64,000 nucleotides of DNA, taken from Macrostomum lignano. Lineage: Eukaryota. The first letter of the stretch is position 1, and each line of letters begins with the position of its first letter. The stretch lies in assembly GCA_002269645.1 (NCBI GenBank), contig NIVC01002517.1, positions 1 to 64,000 on the forward strand. The letters are read 5' to 3'. The position numbers and the translations under genes are program-made. The notes beneath the pieces are model-generated. The model was not told the DNA's origin and ran no database searches. It saw nothing but the letters and a program-made list of their open reading frames with translations. Below are positions 46,080 to 58,234 of this stretch, piece by piece.

Positions 46080-46202
46080 TGTCTATTTGGAGCTAGCTAT
46101 AGTCTATGGCTGACTGTATGGGACTGTGTGTGTGCGTATTTGGAGCTGGCTATAGTCTATGGCTGACTGTATGGGACTGTGTGTGTGCGTATTTGGAGCT
46201 AG
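46080..46202. repeat. 53-bp direct repeat (2 full copies plus a truncated third) interrupted by the Helentron-like array
   Basis: ATTTGGAGCT occurs at 46085, 46138 and 46191. Confidence 0.85.
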
Positions 46203-49200
46203 TTGTGGGACGATGGAGCCAGTAAGTAGTATAGAAAAAAAGGCGAGCGAAGCGAGAATTTTTTTCTATACTGCTTACTTTTGCGAAATCGTCCCTGATA
46301 AGATGTGGGCCATATGTCATACACTAAAATGACGTTTTTCAACTTTTAAACGCTGCCAATAAAAAACGGTACGACCAATTTACAAACGGTTTTTGCCAAA
46401 ATGCGTCAAAGACTTGGGGCTACCAGAGCCGCAGTGTTTGGTTGCCATAGCGACGCGTTTTGGTTGCCATGGCAACCAAAAACTGCGTTTTTTCAACTTT
46501 TTCAAAAACTTTGATCTTAATTACAGCGGCAGGAAATTATGGCAGCGCTTAGCGAGTGGGCTCAGTAAGCGCGGGCATTCAAACGCTACAATGATCCGAA
46601 ATAGATTTTTTGATTGTACTTTAACGTCTAGGCTAAAAGTACAAAAAACGTGTTTTTTGAGGTCGAAAAATTGGCATTTTTTCCAACTTTGCCTCACCGC
46701 AGCGAAAAGGACGCGCGATAGCGCGGCCTTTGAGCTGCCTCATAGCGTCAATAACACCTGGGGCTGTTTGATGCGCTATAGTTTTTAGGGCTAAAATGTA
46801 CTTTTCACATGGCTGCCTATCTGCTGTTTAAAAGTACAAATTTTTAGTGCACTTTTGTGAGGCCTATGGCGTCGAGATGGAAAACTTTATTTTTGCTGTT
46901 TTGCATACCAAATAACTCAAATAGATGTCTTTTAATCGGAAACATCGAGATTTGGCCGATTGGGCCATCAATAACCTGCCCAGGTGCCAAAGAGTGCCTA
47001 AAAACGACATTTTCGAAAAATTGGGTCACGTTTTTTAAAAGTAGTCCCAAAAAATAAGAAAGTGTTTTATGCTACGGTGTTGAGACTTTAACACAACGTG
47101 TCAAACATATGGAAATTTGTTTTCCTGAATTTTCTAAGCATTTGGACCTACCTGTGCGGAGCAGTGACCCGGAAACCGGGGAAAAAAGAGGCCGGGGGCT
47201 CTGCAGAAAATCAGACGTTGTTAAGAAAAATTTTTTAAAATGGGGCGAATTTTTTCGAGTGTAGTGTCAAATTGTAGCCCATCGGATGCCCTTTTGAATG
47301 ACATAAGACACTCTGGAAAAAACCCCTGTTAACAGGTACTTTTTACCTGTTAAGTGAAAAACGGCCCATTTGGGGGTACAAACTTTGGAGTGGAAAAATA
47401 AGAAATTTTGCGCACCGATTTTTCTGCATTTTCAATATTGTTTAGTCGAATAGCTAAAGTTTCACCGGTCATACGCCAATATGGCTGGAAAATTCGTATT
47501 TTTGAGAAAATTGGCTCCGAATTTTGAGTAGGCCATTTTCGGGCAAATTTTGAGCATACTTTTGCTAATAACTCTGCATTGGCGAGACCTAGAGACTCAA
47601 GTTTGGTGTCTAAAAACAGCACTATGGATGCATTATGCAGCTAAATCAGTTTTGAAAACTGATTCTTAGGTTAACAGGTCTTAATACCTGTTTGATTACC
47701 TGTCAGAACAGGTGAAAATTAATATTTTGGCGCCTAGCAGCCGAAAAATTTGTTGACATAATTTGAAAATGCATTGGATGAATGCGCCTTGATGTTATCT
47801 CTGTAACGACATGCGACTCGTATTTTTAGGTAGAAGCGTTGCGATGCAACGAGCAGAAATGTATGAAAAAGCAGCAAAAATGGTAGAAATGGCTGTTATT
47901 AGCGATATTCGATATAAAATACGTGTACTATAGGCCAACTTAGTAAGCAATTAGTGGCTCAGTGGCAGAGTTAGTTTCCATATAATTGAGTCCTGCAGGG
48001 TTCGATTCCCAAGAGATCCGAAAATTTTTTAGTTTAAAGTTCTTTTAGAGCAAACAGATTTTTAGTATTTTTATTTCTCCAACTATTATGTTTCTTTTAC
48101 ATTACATTTATTTAAATTTATTTTTCTTTTTATACGTATTTAAAGAGTAACAGTGAATCTTTTAGTGCGGCACCTATGATTGTTAGTGCAAAAAGTATAT
48201 TACGATACATGTCGGCAAGCAAGTATTTGATGTCTGGTCGTTTAAAGGCTAGAATATAGTTGTACCACTATACCACTAGACTAACTAATGCCAGGGGCGT
48301 GGGGGGTGGCGAGCCCCCCACTATACCACTAGACTAACAAATGCCAGGGGCGTGGGGGCGGCCAGCCCCCAACTATACCACTAGACTAACTAATGCCAGG
48401 GGCGTGGGGGGCGGCCAGCCCCCACTATACCACTAGACTAACTAATGCCAGGGGCGTGGGGGCGGCCAGCCCCCACTATACCACTAGACTAACTAATGCC
48501 AGGGGCGTGGGGGCGGCCAGCCCCCCACTATACCACTTAGACTAACTAATGCCAGGGGCGTGGGGGGCGGCCAGCCCCCCACTATACCACTAGACTAACT
48601 AATGCCAGGGGCGTGGGGGGCGGCCAGCCCCCACTATACCACTAGACTAACTAATGCCAGGGGCGTGGGGGGCGGCCAGCCCCCCACTATACCACTAGAC
48701 TAACTAATGCCAGGGGCGTGGGGGCGGCCAGCCCCCACTATACCACTAGACTAACTAATGCCAGGGGCGTCGGGGGCGGCCAGCCCCCTACTATACCACT
48801 AGACTAACTAATGCCAGGGGCGTGGGGGGCGGCCAGCCCCCCACTATACCACTATACCACTAGACTAACTAATGCCAGGGGCGTGGGGGGCGGCCAGCCC
48901 CCACTATACCACTTAGACTAACTAATGCCAGGGGCGTGGGGGCGGCCAGCCCCCACTATACCACTAGACTAACTAATGCCAGGGGCGTGGGGGCGGCCAG
49001 CCCCCACTATACCACTAGACTAACTAATGCCAGGGGCGTGGGGGCGGCCAGTCCCCACTATACCACTAGACTAACTAATGCCAGGGGCGTGGGGGGCTTT
49101 TTAGCTCTCAATTTAGGTTAAATAAATAGATGTCATAGCCATAAACAATAATGGACACAATATAAACCATCGTCCCACCTTTGAAGACGACAGCGTCTTC

Positions 49201-49209
49201 ATTCACTAG
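46203..49209 (+). mobile_element. Non-autonomous Helentron/Helitron2-like element, array unit 1 (3007 bp)
   Basis: 5' TT followed by subTIR GTGGGACGATGG (46205-46216) and a partial inverted copy ATCGTCCC (46288). 3' subTIR CCATCGTCCCAC (49167-49178), hairpin GAAGACG-ACAG-CGTCTTC (49183-49200) and terminal CTAG. Central ~52-bp minisatellite at 48264-49097. Confidence 0.75.
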
Positions 49210-52200
49210 TTGTGGGACGATGAGCCAGTAAGTAGTATAGAAAAAAATGCGAGCGAAGCGAGAATTTTTTTCTATACTGCTTACTTTTGCGAAATCGTCC
49301 CTGATAAGATGTGCAACAGATGTGACACACTAAAAATGACGTTTTTCAACTTTTAAATGCTGCGCATAAAAAACGGTACGACCAATTTACAAACAGTTTT
49401 TGCCAAAATGCGTCAAAGACTTGGGGCTATCGGATGCACAATAGTTGGTTGCCATGGCAACGCGTTTTGGTTGCCATGGCAACCAAAAACTGCGTTTTTT
49501 CGACTTTGTCAAAAACTTTGATCTCAAAAAATAAGGATTAAGAATATGGCAGCGCTTAGTGAGCGGGCTCAGAAGACGCGGGCATTCAAACGCCACAATG
49601 ATCCGAAATGGATTTTTTGATTGCACTTTAACTTTTAGACTAAAAGTTCAAAAAACGTGTTTTTTGAGGTCGAAAAATTGGCATTTTTTTCAACTTTGCC
49701 TCACCGCAGCGAAAAGGACGCGCTTTCGCGCGGCCTTTGAGCTGCCTCCTAGCCTTAAAAACACTTAAGGCTGTTTGATGCGCTAAATTTTTTTCGGCTA
49801 AAATGTACTTTTCACATGGTTGCCTATCTGCACTTTAAAAGTACAAATTTTTAGTGCACTTTTGTGAGGCCTATGGCGTCGAGATGGAAAACTTAATTTT
49901 TTAATATTTCTACACCAAATTACTCAAATGGATGTCTTCTATTCGGAAACATTGAGATTTGGCCGATTGGGCCATCAATAACCTGCCTAGGTGCCAAAGA
50001 GTGCCTAAAAACGACATTTTCGAAAAATTGGGTCACGTTTTCAAAAAGTAGTCCCCAAAAATAAGGAAGCGTTTTATGCTACGGTGTTGAGACTTTAACA
50101 CGACGTGTCAAACATTTGGAAATTTGTTTTCCTGAATTTTCTAAGCATTGGGACCTACCTGTGCTGAGCAGTGACCCGGAAACCAGGGAAAAAAGAGGCC
50201 GGGGGCTCTGCAGAAAATCAAACGTTGTTAAGGAATTTTTTTAAAATGGGGCGAATTTTTTCGAGTGTAGTGTCAAATTGTAGCCCATCGGATGCCCTTT
50301 TGAATGACATAAGACACTCCTGAAAAAACCCCTGTTAACAGGTACTTTTTACCTGTTAAGTGAAAAACGGCCCATTTGGGGGTACAAACTTTGAAGTCGA
50401 AAAATAAGAAATTTTGCGCACCGATTTTTCTGCATTTTCAATATTGTTTAGTCGAATAGCTAAAGTTTCACCGGTCATACGCCAATATGGCTGGAAAATT
50501 CGTATTTTTGAGCAAACTGCATCTGATTTTTAAAAATGCAATTTTTCGGCCAATTTTTTGTACATGTTTTTCAACCTTGCCCGTACTGCAGCGAAAAGGA
50601 CGCGCAATAGCGCGGCTTTTGAGCTGCTGCATAATGTAAACAACACCTGGGGCTTTTAGATGCGCTATAATTTTTTGGGCTAAAATGTACTTTTGACATG
50701 GCTGCCTATCTGCACTTTAAAAGTACAAACCGTTTGTGCACTTTAAAGAGGCTTATCCTATACAGATGCAAATCTTGATTTTTTCAATTTTTCAACCCAA
50801 ATCATTCAAATGGATGTCTTTTATTCGGAAATGCTGAGATCTGCTTGATTGGGCCATTCATTGCTGCTCTATATGGCTACAAGGGTCAAAAAGAGTGTTT
50901 TTGAAAATTTGGGTCACGTTTTCAAAAAGTAGTCTCCAAAAATAAGAAAGTGTTTTAAGCTACGGTGTTGAAATTTTAACAAAACGTGTCAAACATATGG
51001 AAATTTGTTTTCCTAAATTTTCTAAGCATTTGGACCTACCTGTGCGGAGCAGTGACCCGGAAACCGGGGAAAAAAGAGGCCGGGGGACTCGACCAAAAAA
51101 GCATATGTTGTTAAAGAAAAATTTTTATTACTGGGCGAATTTTTTCGAATGTGGTGTCAAATTGTAGCCCATCGGATGCCCTTTTGAATGACATAAGACA
51201 CTCCTGAAAAAACCCCTGTTAACAGGTACTTTTTACCTGTTAATTGAAAAACGGCCCTTTTGGGGTACAAACTTTGAAGTCGAAAAATAAGAAATTTTGC
51301 GCACCGATTTTTCTGCATTTTCAATATTGTTTAGTCGAATAGCTGAAGTTACACCGGTCATACGCCAATATGGCTGGAAAATTCGTATTTTTGAGAAAAT
51401 TGGCTCCGAATTTTGAGTAGGCCATTTTTGGGCAAATTTTGAGCATACTTTTGCTAATAACTCTGCATTGGCGAGACCTAGAGACTCAAGTTTGGTGTCT
51501 AAAAACAGCACTATGGATGCATTATGCAGCTAAATCAGTTTTGAAAACTGATTCTTAGGTTAACAGGTCTTAATACCTGTTTGATTACCTGTCAGAACAG
51601 GTGAAAATTCATATTGTGGCGCCTAGCAGCCGTAAAAATTTGTTGACATAATTTGAAAATGCATTGGATGAATGCGCCTTGATGTTATCTCTGTAACGAC
51701 ATGCGACTCGTATTTTTAGGTAGAAGCGTTGCGATGCAACGAGCAGAAATGTATGAAAAAGCAGAAAAAATGGTAGAAATGGCTGCTATTAGCGATATTC
51801 GATATAAAATACGTGTACAATAGGCCAACTTAGTAAGCAATTTGTGGCTCAGTGGCAGAGTTAGTTTCCATATAATTGAGTGCTGCAGGGTTCGATTCCC
51901 AAGAGATCCGAAAAATTTTTAGTTTAAAGTTCTTTTAGAGCAAACAGTTTTTTAGTATTTTTATTTCTCTAACTATTATGTTTTTTATACAATTAAATTA
52001 CATTTATTTAAATTTATTTTTCTTTTTATACGTATTTAAAGAGTAACAGTGAATCTTTTAGTGCGGCACGTATGATTGTTAGTGCAAAAAGTATATTACG
52101 ATACATGTCGGCAAGCAAGTATTTGATGTCTGGTCGTTTGAAGGCTAGAATATAGTTGTAACATATTACGAAGACGTGTTTAGATGTGGGAAAAGTTCTC

Positions 52201-55200
52201 GAGGGGTGGTGGAGCGGTGGGGGAGCCAGCCCCCCTTTACCACTAGACTAACTAATGCCAGGGGCGTGGGGGGCGGCTAGCCCCCCACTATACCACTATA
52301 CCACTAGACTAACTAATGCCAGGGGCGTGGGGGGCGGCCAGCCCCCACTATACCACTAGACTAACTAATGCCAGGGGCGTGGGGGGCGGCCAGCCCCCCA
52401 CTATACCACTAGACTAACTAATGCCAGGGGCGTGGGGGGCGGCCAGCCCCCTACTATACCACTAGACTAACTAATGCCAGGGGCGTGGGGGGCGGCTAGC
52501 CCCCACTATACCACTATACCACTAGACTAACTAATGCCAGGGGCGTGGGGGCGGCCAGCCCCCCACTATACCACTAGACTAACTAATGCCAGGGGCGTGG
52601 GGGCGGCCAGCCCCCCACTATACCACTAGACTAACTAATGCCAGGGGCGTGGGGGCGGCGAGCCCCCACTATACCACTAGACTAATAAATGCCAGGGGCG
52701 TGGGGGCGGCCAGCCCCCACTATACCACTAGACTAACTAATGCCAGGGGCGTGGGGGCGGCCAGCCCCCACTATACCACTAGACTAACTAATGCCAGGGG
52801 CGTGGGGGCGGCCAGCCCCCCACTATACCACTAGACTAACTAATGCCAGGGGCGTGGGGGGCGGCCAGCCCCCACTATACCACTAGACTAACTAATGCCA
52901 GGGGCGTGGGGGGCGGCCAGCCCCCACTATACCACTAGACTAACTAATGCCAGGGGCGTGGGGGCGGCCAGCCCCCACTATACCACTAGACTAATAATGC
53001 CAGGGGCGTGGGGGGCGGCCAGCCCCCCACTATACCACTAGACTAACTAATGCCAGGGGCGTGGGGGGCGGCGAGCCCCCCACTATACCACTAGACTAAC
53101 TAATGCCAGGGGCGTGGGGGGCGGCTAGCCCCCCACTATACCACTAGACTAATAAATGCCAGGGGCGTGGGGGGCGGCCAGCCCCCTACTATACCACTAG
53201 ACTAATAATGCCAGGGGCGTGGGGGGCGGCCAGCCCCCACTATACCACTAGACTAACTAATGCCAGGGGCGTGGGGGGCCAGCCCCCCACTATACTACTA
53301 GACTAACTAATGCCAGGGGCGTGGGGGCGGCCAGCCCCCCACTATACCACTTAGACTAACTAATGCCAGGGGCGTGGGGGGCGGCCAGCCCCCACTATAC
53401 CACTAGACTAACTAATGCCAGGGGCGTGGGGGGCGGCCAGCCCCCACTATACCACTAGACTAACTAATGCCAGGGGCGTGGGGGCGGCCAGCCCCCCACT
53501 ATACCACTAGACTAATAAATGCCAGGGGCGTGGGGGCGGCCAGCCCCCACTATACCACTAGACTAACTAATGCCAGGGGCGTGGGGGGCGGCCAGCCCCC
53601 ACTATACCACTAGACTAACTAATGCCAGGGGCGTGGGGGCGGCCAGCCCCCACTATACCACTATACCACTAGACTAACTAATGCCAGGGGCGTGGGGGCG
53701 GCCAGCCCCCACTATACCACTTAGACTAACTAATGCCAGGGGCGTGGGGGCGGCCAGCCCCCCACTATACCACTAGACTAACTAATGCCAGGGGCGTGGG
53801 GGGCGGCCAGCCCCCACTATACCACAGACTAACTAATGCCAGGGGCGTGGGGGCGGCCAGCCCCCACTATACCACTAGACTAACTAATGCCAGGGGCGTG
53901 GGGGCGGCGAGCCCCCACTATACCACTAGACTAACTAATGCCAGGGGCGTGGGGGCGGCCAGCCCCCACTATACCACTAGACTAATAATGCCAGGGGCGT
54001 GGGGGGCGGCCAGCCCCCACTATACCACTAGACTAATAAATGCCAGGGGCGTGGGGGGCGGCCAGCCCCCTACTATACCACTAGACTAACTAATGCCAGG
54101 GGCGTGGGGGGCGGCCAGCCCCCACTATACCACTATACCACTAGACTAACTAATGCCAGGGGCGTGGGGGCGGCCAGCCCCCCACTATACCACTAGACTA
54201 ACTAATGCCAGGGGCGTGGGGGGCGGCCAGCCCCCCACTATACCACTAGACTAACTAATGCCAGGGGCGTGGGGGGCGGCCAGCCCCCACTATACCACTA
54301 GACTAACTAATGCCAGGGGCGTGGGGGGCGGCCAGCCCCCACTATACCACTAGACTAATAATGCCAGGGGCGTGGGGGCGGCCAGCCCCCCACTATACCA
54401 CTAGACTAACTAATGCCAGGGGCGTGGGGGCGGCCAGCCCCCTACTATACCACTAGACTAACTAATGCCAGGGGCGTGGGGGCGGCCAGCCCCCACTATA
54501 CCACTATACCACTAGACTAACTAATGCCAGGGGCGTGGGGGGCGGCCAGCCCCCCACTATACCACTTAGACTAACTAATGCCAGGGGCGTGGGGGCGGCC
54601 AGCCCCCCACTATACCACTAGACTAACTAATGCCAGGGGCGTGGGGGCGGCCAGCCCCCCACTATACCACAAGACTAACTAATGCCAGGGGCGTGGGGGG
54701 CGGCCAGCCCCCACTATACCACTAGACTAACTAATGCCAGGGGCGTGGGGGCGGCAGCCCCCCACTATACCACTAGACTAACTAATGCCAGGGGCGTGGG
54801 GGCGGCCAGCCCCCACTATACCACTAGACTAATAAATGCCAGGGGCGTGGGGGGCGGCCAGCCCCCCACTATACCACTAGACTAATAATGCCAGGGGCGT
54901 GGGGGGCGGCCAGCCCCCTACTATACCACTAGACTAACTAATGCCAGGGGCGTGGGGGGCGGCCAGCCCCCACTATACCACTATACCACTAGACTAACTA
55001 ATGCCAGGGGCGTGGGGGGCGGCCAGCCCCCACTATACCACTTAGACTAACTAATGCCAGGGCGGCCAGCCCCCACTATACCACTAGACTAACTAATGCC
55101 AGGGGCGTGGGGGGCTTTTTAGCTCTCAATTTAGGTTAAATAAATAGATGTCATAGCCATAAACAATAATTGACACAATATAAACCATCGTCCCACCTTT

Positions 55201-55227
55201 GAAGACGACAGCGTCTTCATTCACTAG
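49210..55227 (+). mobile_element. Array unit 2 (6018 bp): diverged variant with an ~880-bp internal duplication and a ~2.9-kb minisatellite (~52220-55115)
   Basis: Same termini as unit 1 with many substitutions; GAAAAGGACGCG occurs at both 49711 and 50593. Confidence 0.75.
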
Positions 55228-58200
55228 TTGTGGGACGATGGAGCCAGTAAGTAGTATAGAAAAAAAGGCGAGCGAAGCGAGAATTTTTTTCTATACTGCT
55301 TACTTTTGCGAAATCGTCCCTGATAAGATGTGGGCCATATGTCATACACTAAAATGACGTTTTTCAACTTTTAAACGCTGCCAATAAAAAACGGTACGAC
55401 CAATTTACAAACGGTTTTTGCCAAAATGCGTCAAAGACTTGGGGCTACCAGAGCCGCAGTGTTTGGTTGCCATAGCGACGCGTTTTGGTTGCCATGGCAA
55501 CCAAAAACTGCGTTTTTTCAACTTTTTCAAAAACTTTGATCTTAATTACAGCGGCAGGAAATTATGGCAGCGCTTAGCGAGTGGGCTCAGTAAGCGCGGG
55601 CATTCAAACGCTACAATGATCCGAAATAGATTTTTTGATTGTACTTTAACGTCTAGGCTAAAAGTACAAAAAACGTGTTTTTTGAGGTCGAAAAATTGGC
55701 ATTTTTTCCAACTTTGCCTCACCGCAGCGAAAAGGACGCGCGATAGCGCGGCCTTTGAGCTGCCTCATAGCGTCAATAACACCTGGGGCTGTTTGATGCG
55801 CTATAGTTTTTAGGGCTAAAATGTACTTTTCACATGGCTGCCTATCTGCTGTTTAAAAGTACAAATTTTTAGTGCACTTTTGTGAGGCCTATGGCGTCGA
55901 GATGGAAAACTTTATTTTTGCTGTTTTGCATACCAAATAACTCAAATAGATGTCTTTTAATCGGAAACATCGAGATTTGGCCGATTGGGCCATCAATAAC
56001 CTGCCCAGGTGCCAAAGAGTGCCTAAAAACGACATTTTCGAAAAATTGGGTCACGTTTTTAAAAGTAGTCCCAAAAAATAAGAAAGTGTTTTATGCTACG
56101 GTGTTGAGACTTTAACACAACGTGTCAAACATATGGAAATTTGTTTTCCTGAATTTTCTAAGCATTTGGACCTACCTGTGCGGAGCAGTGACCCGGAAAC
56201 CGGGAAAAAAGAGGCCGGGGGCTCTGCAGAAAATCAGACGTTGTTAAGAAAAATTTTTTAAAATGGGGCGAATTTTTTCGAGTGTAGTGTCAAATTGTAG
56301 CCCATCGGATGCCCTTTTGAATGACATAAGACACTCTGGAAAAAACCCCTGTTAACAGGTACTTTTTACCTGTTAAGTGAAAAACGGCCCATTTGGGGGT
56401 ACAAACTTTGGAGTGGAAAAATAAGAAATTTTGCGCACCGATTTTTCTGCATTTTCAATATTGTTTAGTCGAATAGCTAAAGTTTCACCGGTCATACGCC
56501 AATATGGCTGGAAAATTCGTATTTTTGAGAAAATTGGCTCCGAATTTTGAGTAGGCCATTTTCGGGCAAATTTTGAGCATACTTTTGCTAATAACTCTGC
56601 ATTGGCGAGACCTAGAGACTCAAGTTTGGTGTCTAAAAACAGCACTATGGATGCATTATGCAGCTAAATCAGTTTTGAAAACTGATTCTTAGGTTAACAG
56701 GTCTTAATACCTGTTTGATTACCTGTCAGAACAGGTGAAAATTAATATTTTGGCGCCTAGCAGCCGAAAAATTTGTTGACATAATTTGAAAATGCATTGG
56801 ATGAATGCGCCTTGATGTTATCTCTGTAACGACATGCGACTCGTATTTTTAGGTAGAAGCGTTGCGATGCAACGAGCAGAAATGTATGAAAAAGCAGCAA
56901 AAATGGTAGAAATGGCTGTTATTAGCGATATTCGATATAAAATACGTGTACTATAGGCCAACTTAGTAAGCAATTAGTGGCTCAGTGGCAGAGTTAGTTT
57001 CCATATAATTGAGTCCTGCAGGGTTCGATTCCCAAGAGATCCGAAAATTTTTTAGTTTAAAGTTCTTTTAGAGCAAACAGATTTTTAGTATTTTTATTTC
57101 TCCAACTATTATGTTTCTTTTACATTACATTTATTTAAATTTATTTTTCTTTTTATACGTATTTAAAGAGTAACAGTGAATCTTTTAGTGCGGCACCTAT
57201 GATTGTTAGTGCAAAAAGTATATTACGATACATGTCGGCAAGCAAGTATTTGATGTCTGGTCGTTTAAAGGCTAGAATATAGTTGTACCACTATACCACT
57301 AGACTAACTAATGCCAGGGGCGTGGGGGGTGGCGAGCCCCCCACTATACCACTAGACTAACAAATGCCAGGGGCGTGGGGGGCGGCCAGCCCCCAACTAT
57401 ACCACTAGACTAACTAATGCCAGGGGCGTGGGGGCGGCGAGCCCCCCACTATACCACTAGACTAACTAATGCCAGGGGCGTGGGGGGCGGCCAGCCCCCC
57501 ACTATACCACTAGACTAACTAATGCCAGGGGCGTGGGGGCGGCCAGCCCCCACTATACCACTTAGACTAACTAATGCCAGGGGCGTGGGGGGCGGCCAGC
57601 CCCCCACTATACCACTAGACTAACTAATGCCAGGGGCGTGGGGGCGGCCAGCCCCCACTATACCACTAGACTAACTAATGCCAGGGGCGTGGGGGGCGGC
57701 CAGCCCCCACTATACCACTAGACTAACTAATGCCAGGGGCGTGGGGGCGGCCAGCCCCCCACTATACCACTAGACTAACTAATGCCAGGGGCGTCGGGGG
57801 CGTCCAGCCCCCTACTATACCACTAGACTAACTAATGCCAGGGGCGTGGGGGGCGGCCAGCCCCCCACTATACCACTATACCACTAGACTAACTAATGCC
57901 AGGGGCGTGGGGGGCGGCCAGCCCCCCACTATACCACTTAGACTAACTAATGCCAGGGGCGTGGGGGCGGCCAGCCCCCACTATACCACTAGACTAACTA
58001 ATGCCAGGGGCGTGGGGGGCGGCCAGCCCCCACTATACCACTAGACTAACTAATGCCAGGGGCGTGGGGGCGGCCAGTCCCCACTATACCACTAGACTAA
58101 CTAATGCCAGGGGCGTGGGGGCTTTTTAGCTCTCAATTTAGGTTAAATAAATAGATGTCATAGCCATAAACAATAATGGACACAATATAAACCATCGTCC

Positions 58201-58234
58201 CACCTTTGAAGACGACAGCGTCTTCATTCACTAG
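55228..58234 (+). mobile_element. Array unit 3 (3007 bp), near-identical to unit 1
   Basis: Same termini, same 131-aa spurious ORF; minisatellite at ~57287-58125. Confidence 0.75.

Noticed and set aside
46393-46788. 131-aa ORF (plus 66-90-aa ORFs) repeated in each array unit
   Set aside because: Starts at TTG, has no Rep/helicase or other motif, and is interrupted in the diverged unit 2. Recurrence only reflects DNA duplication.
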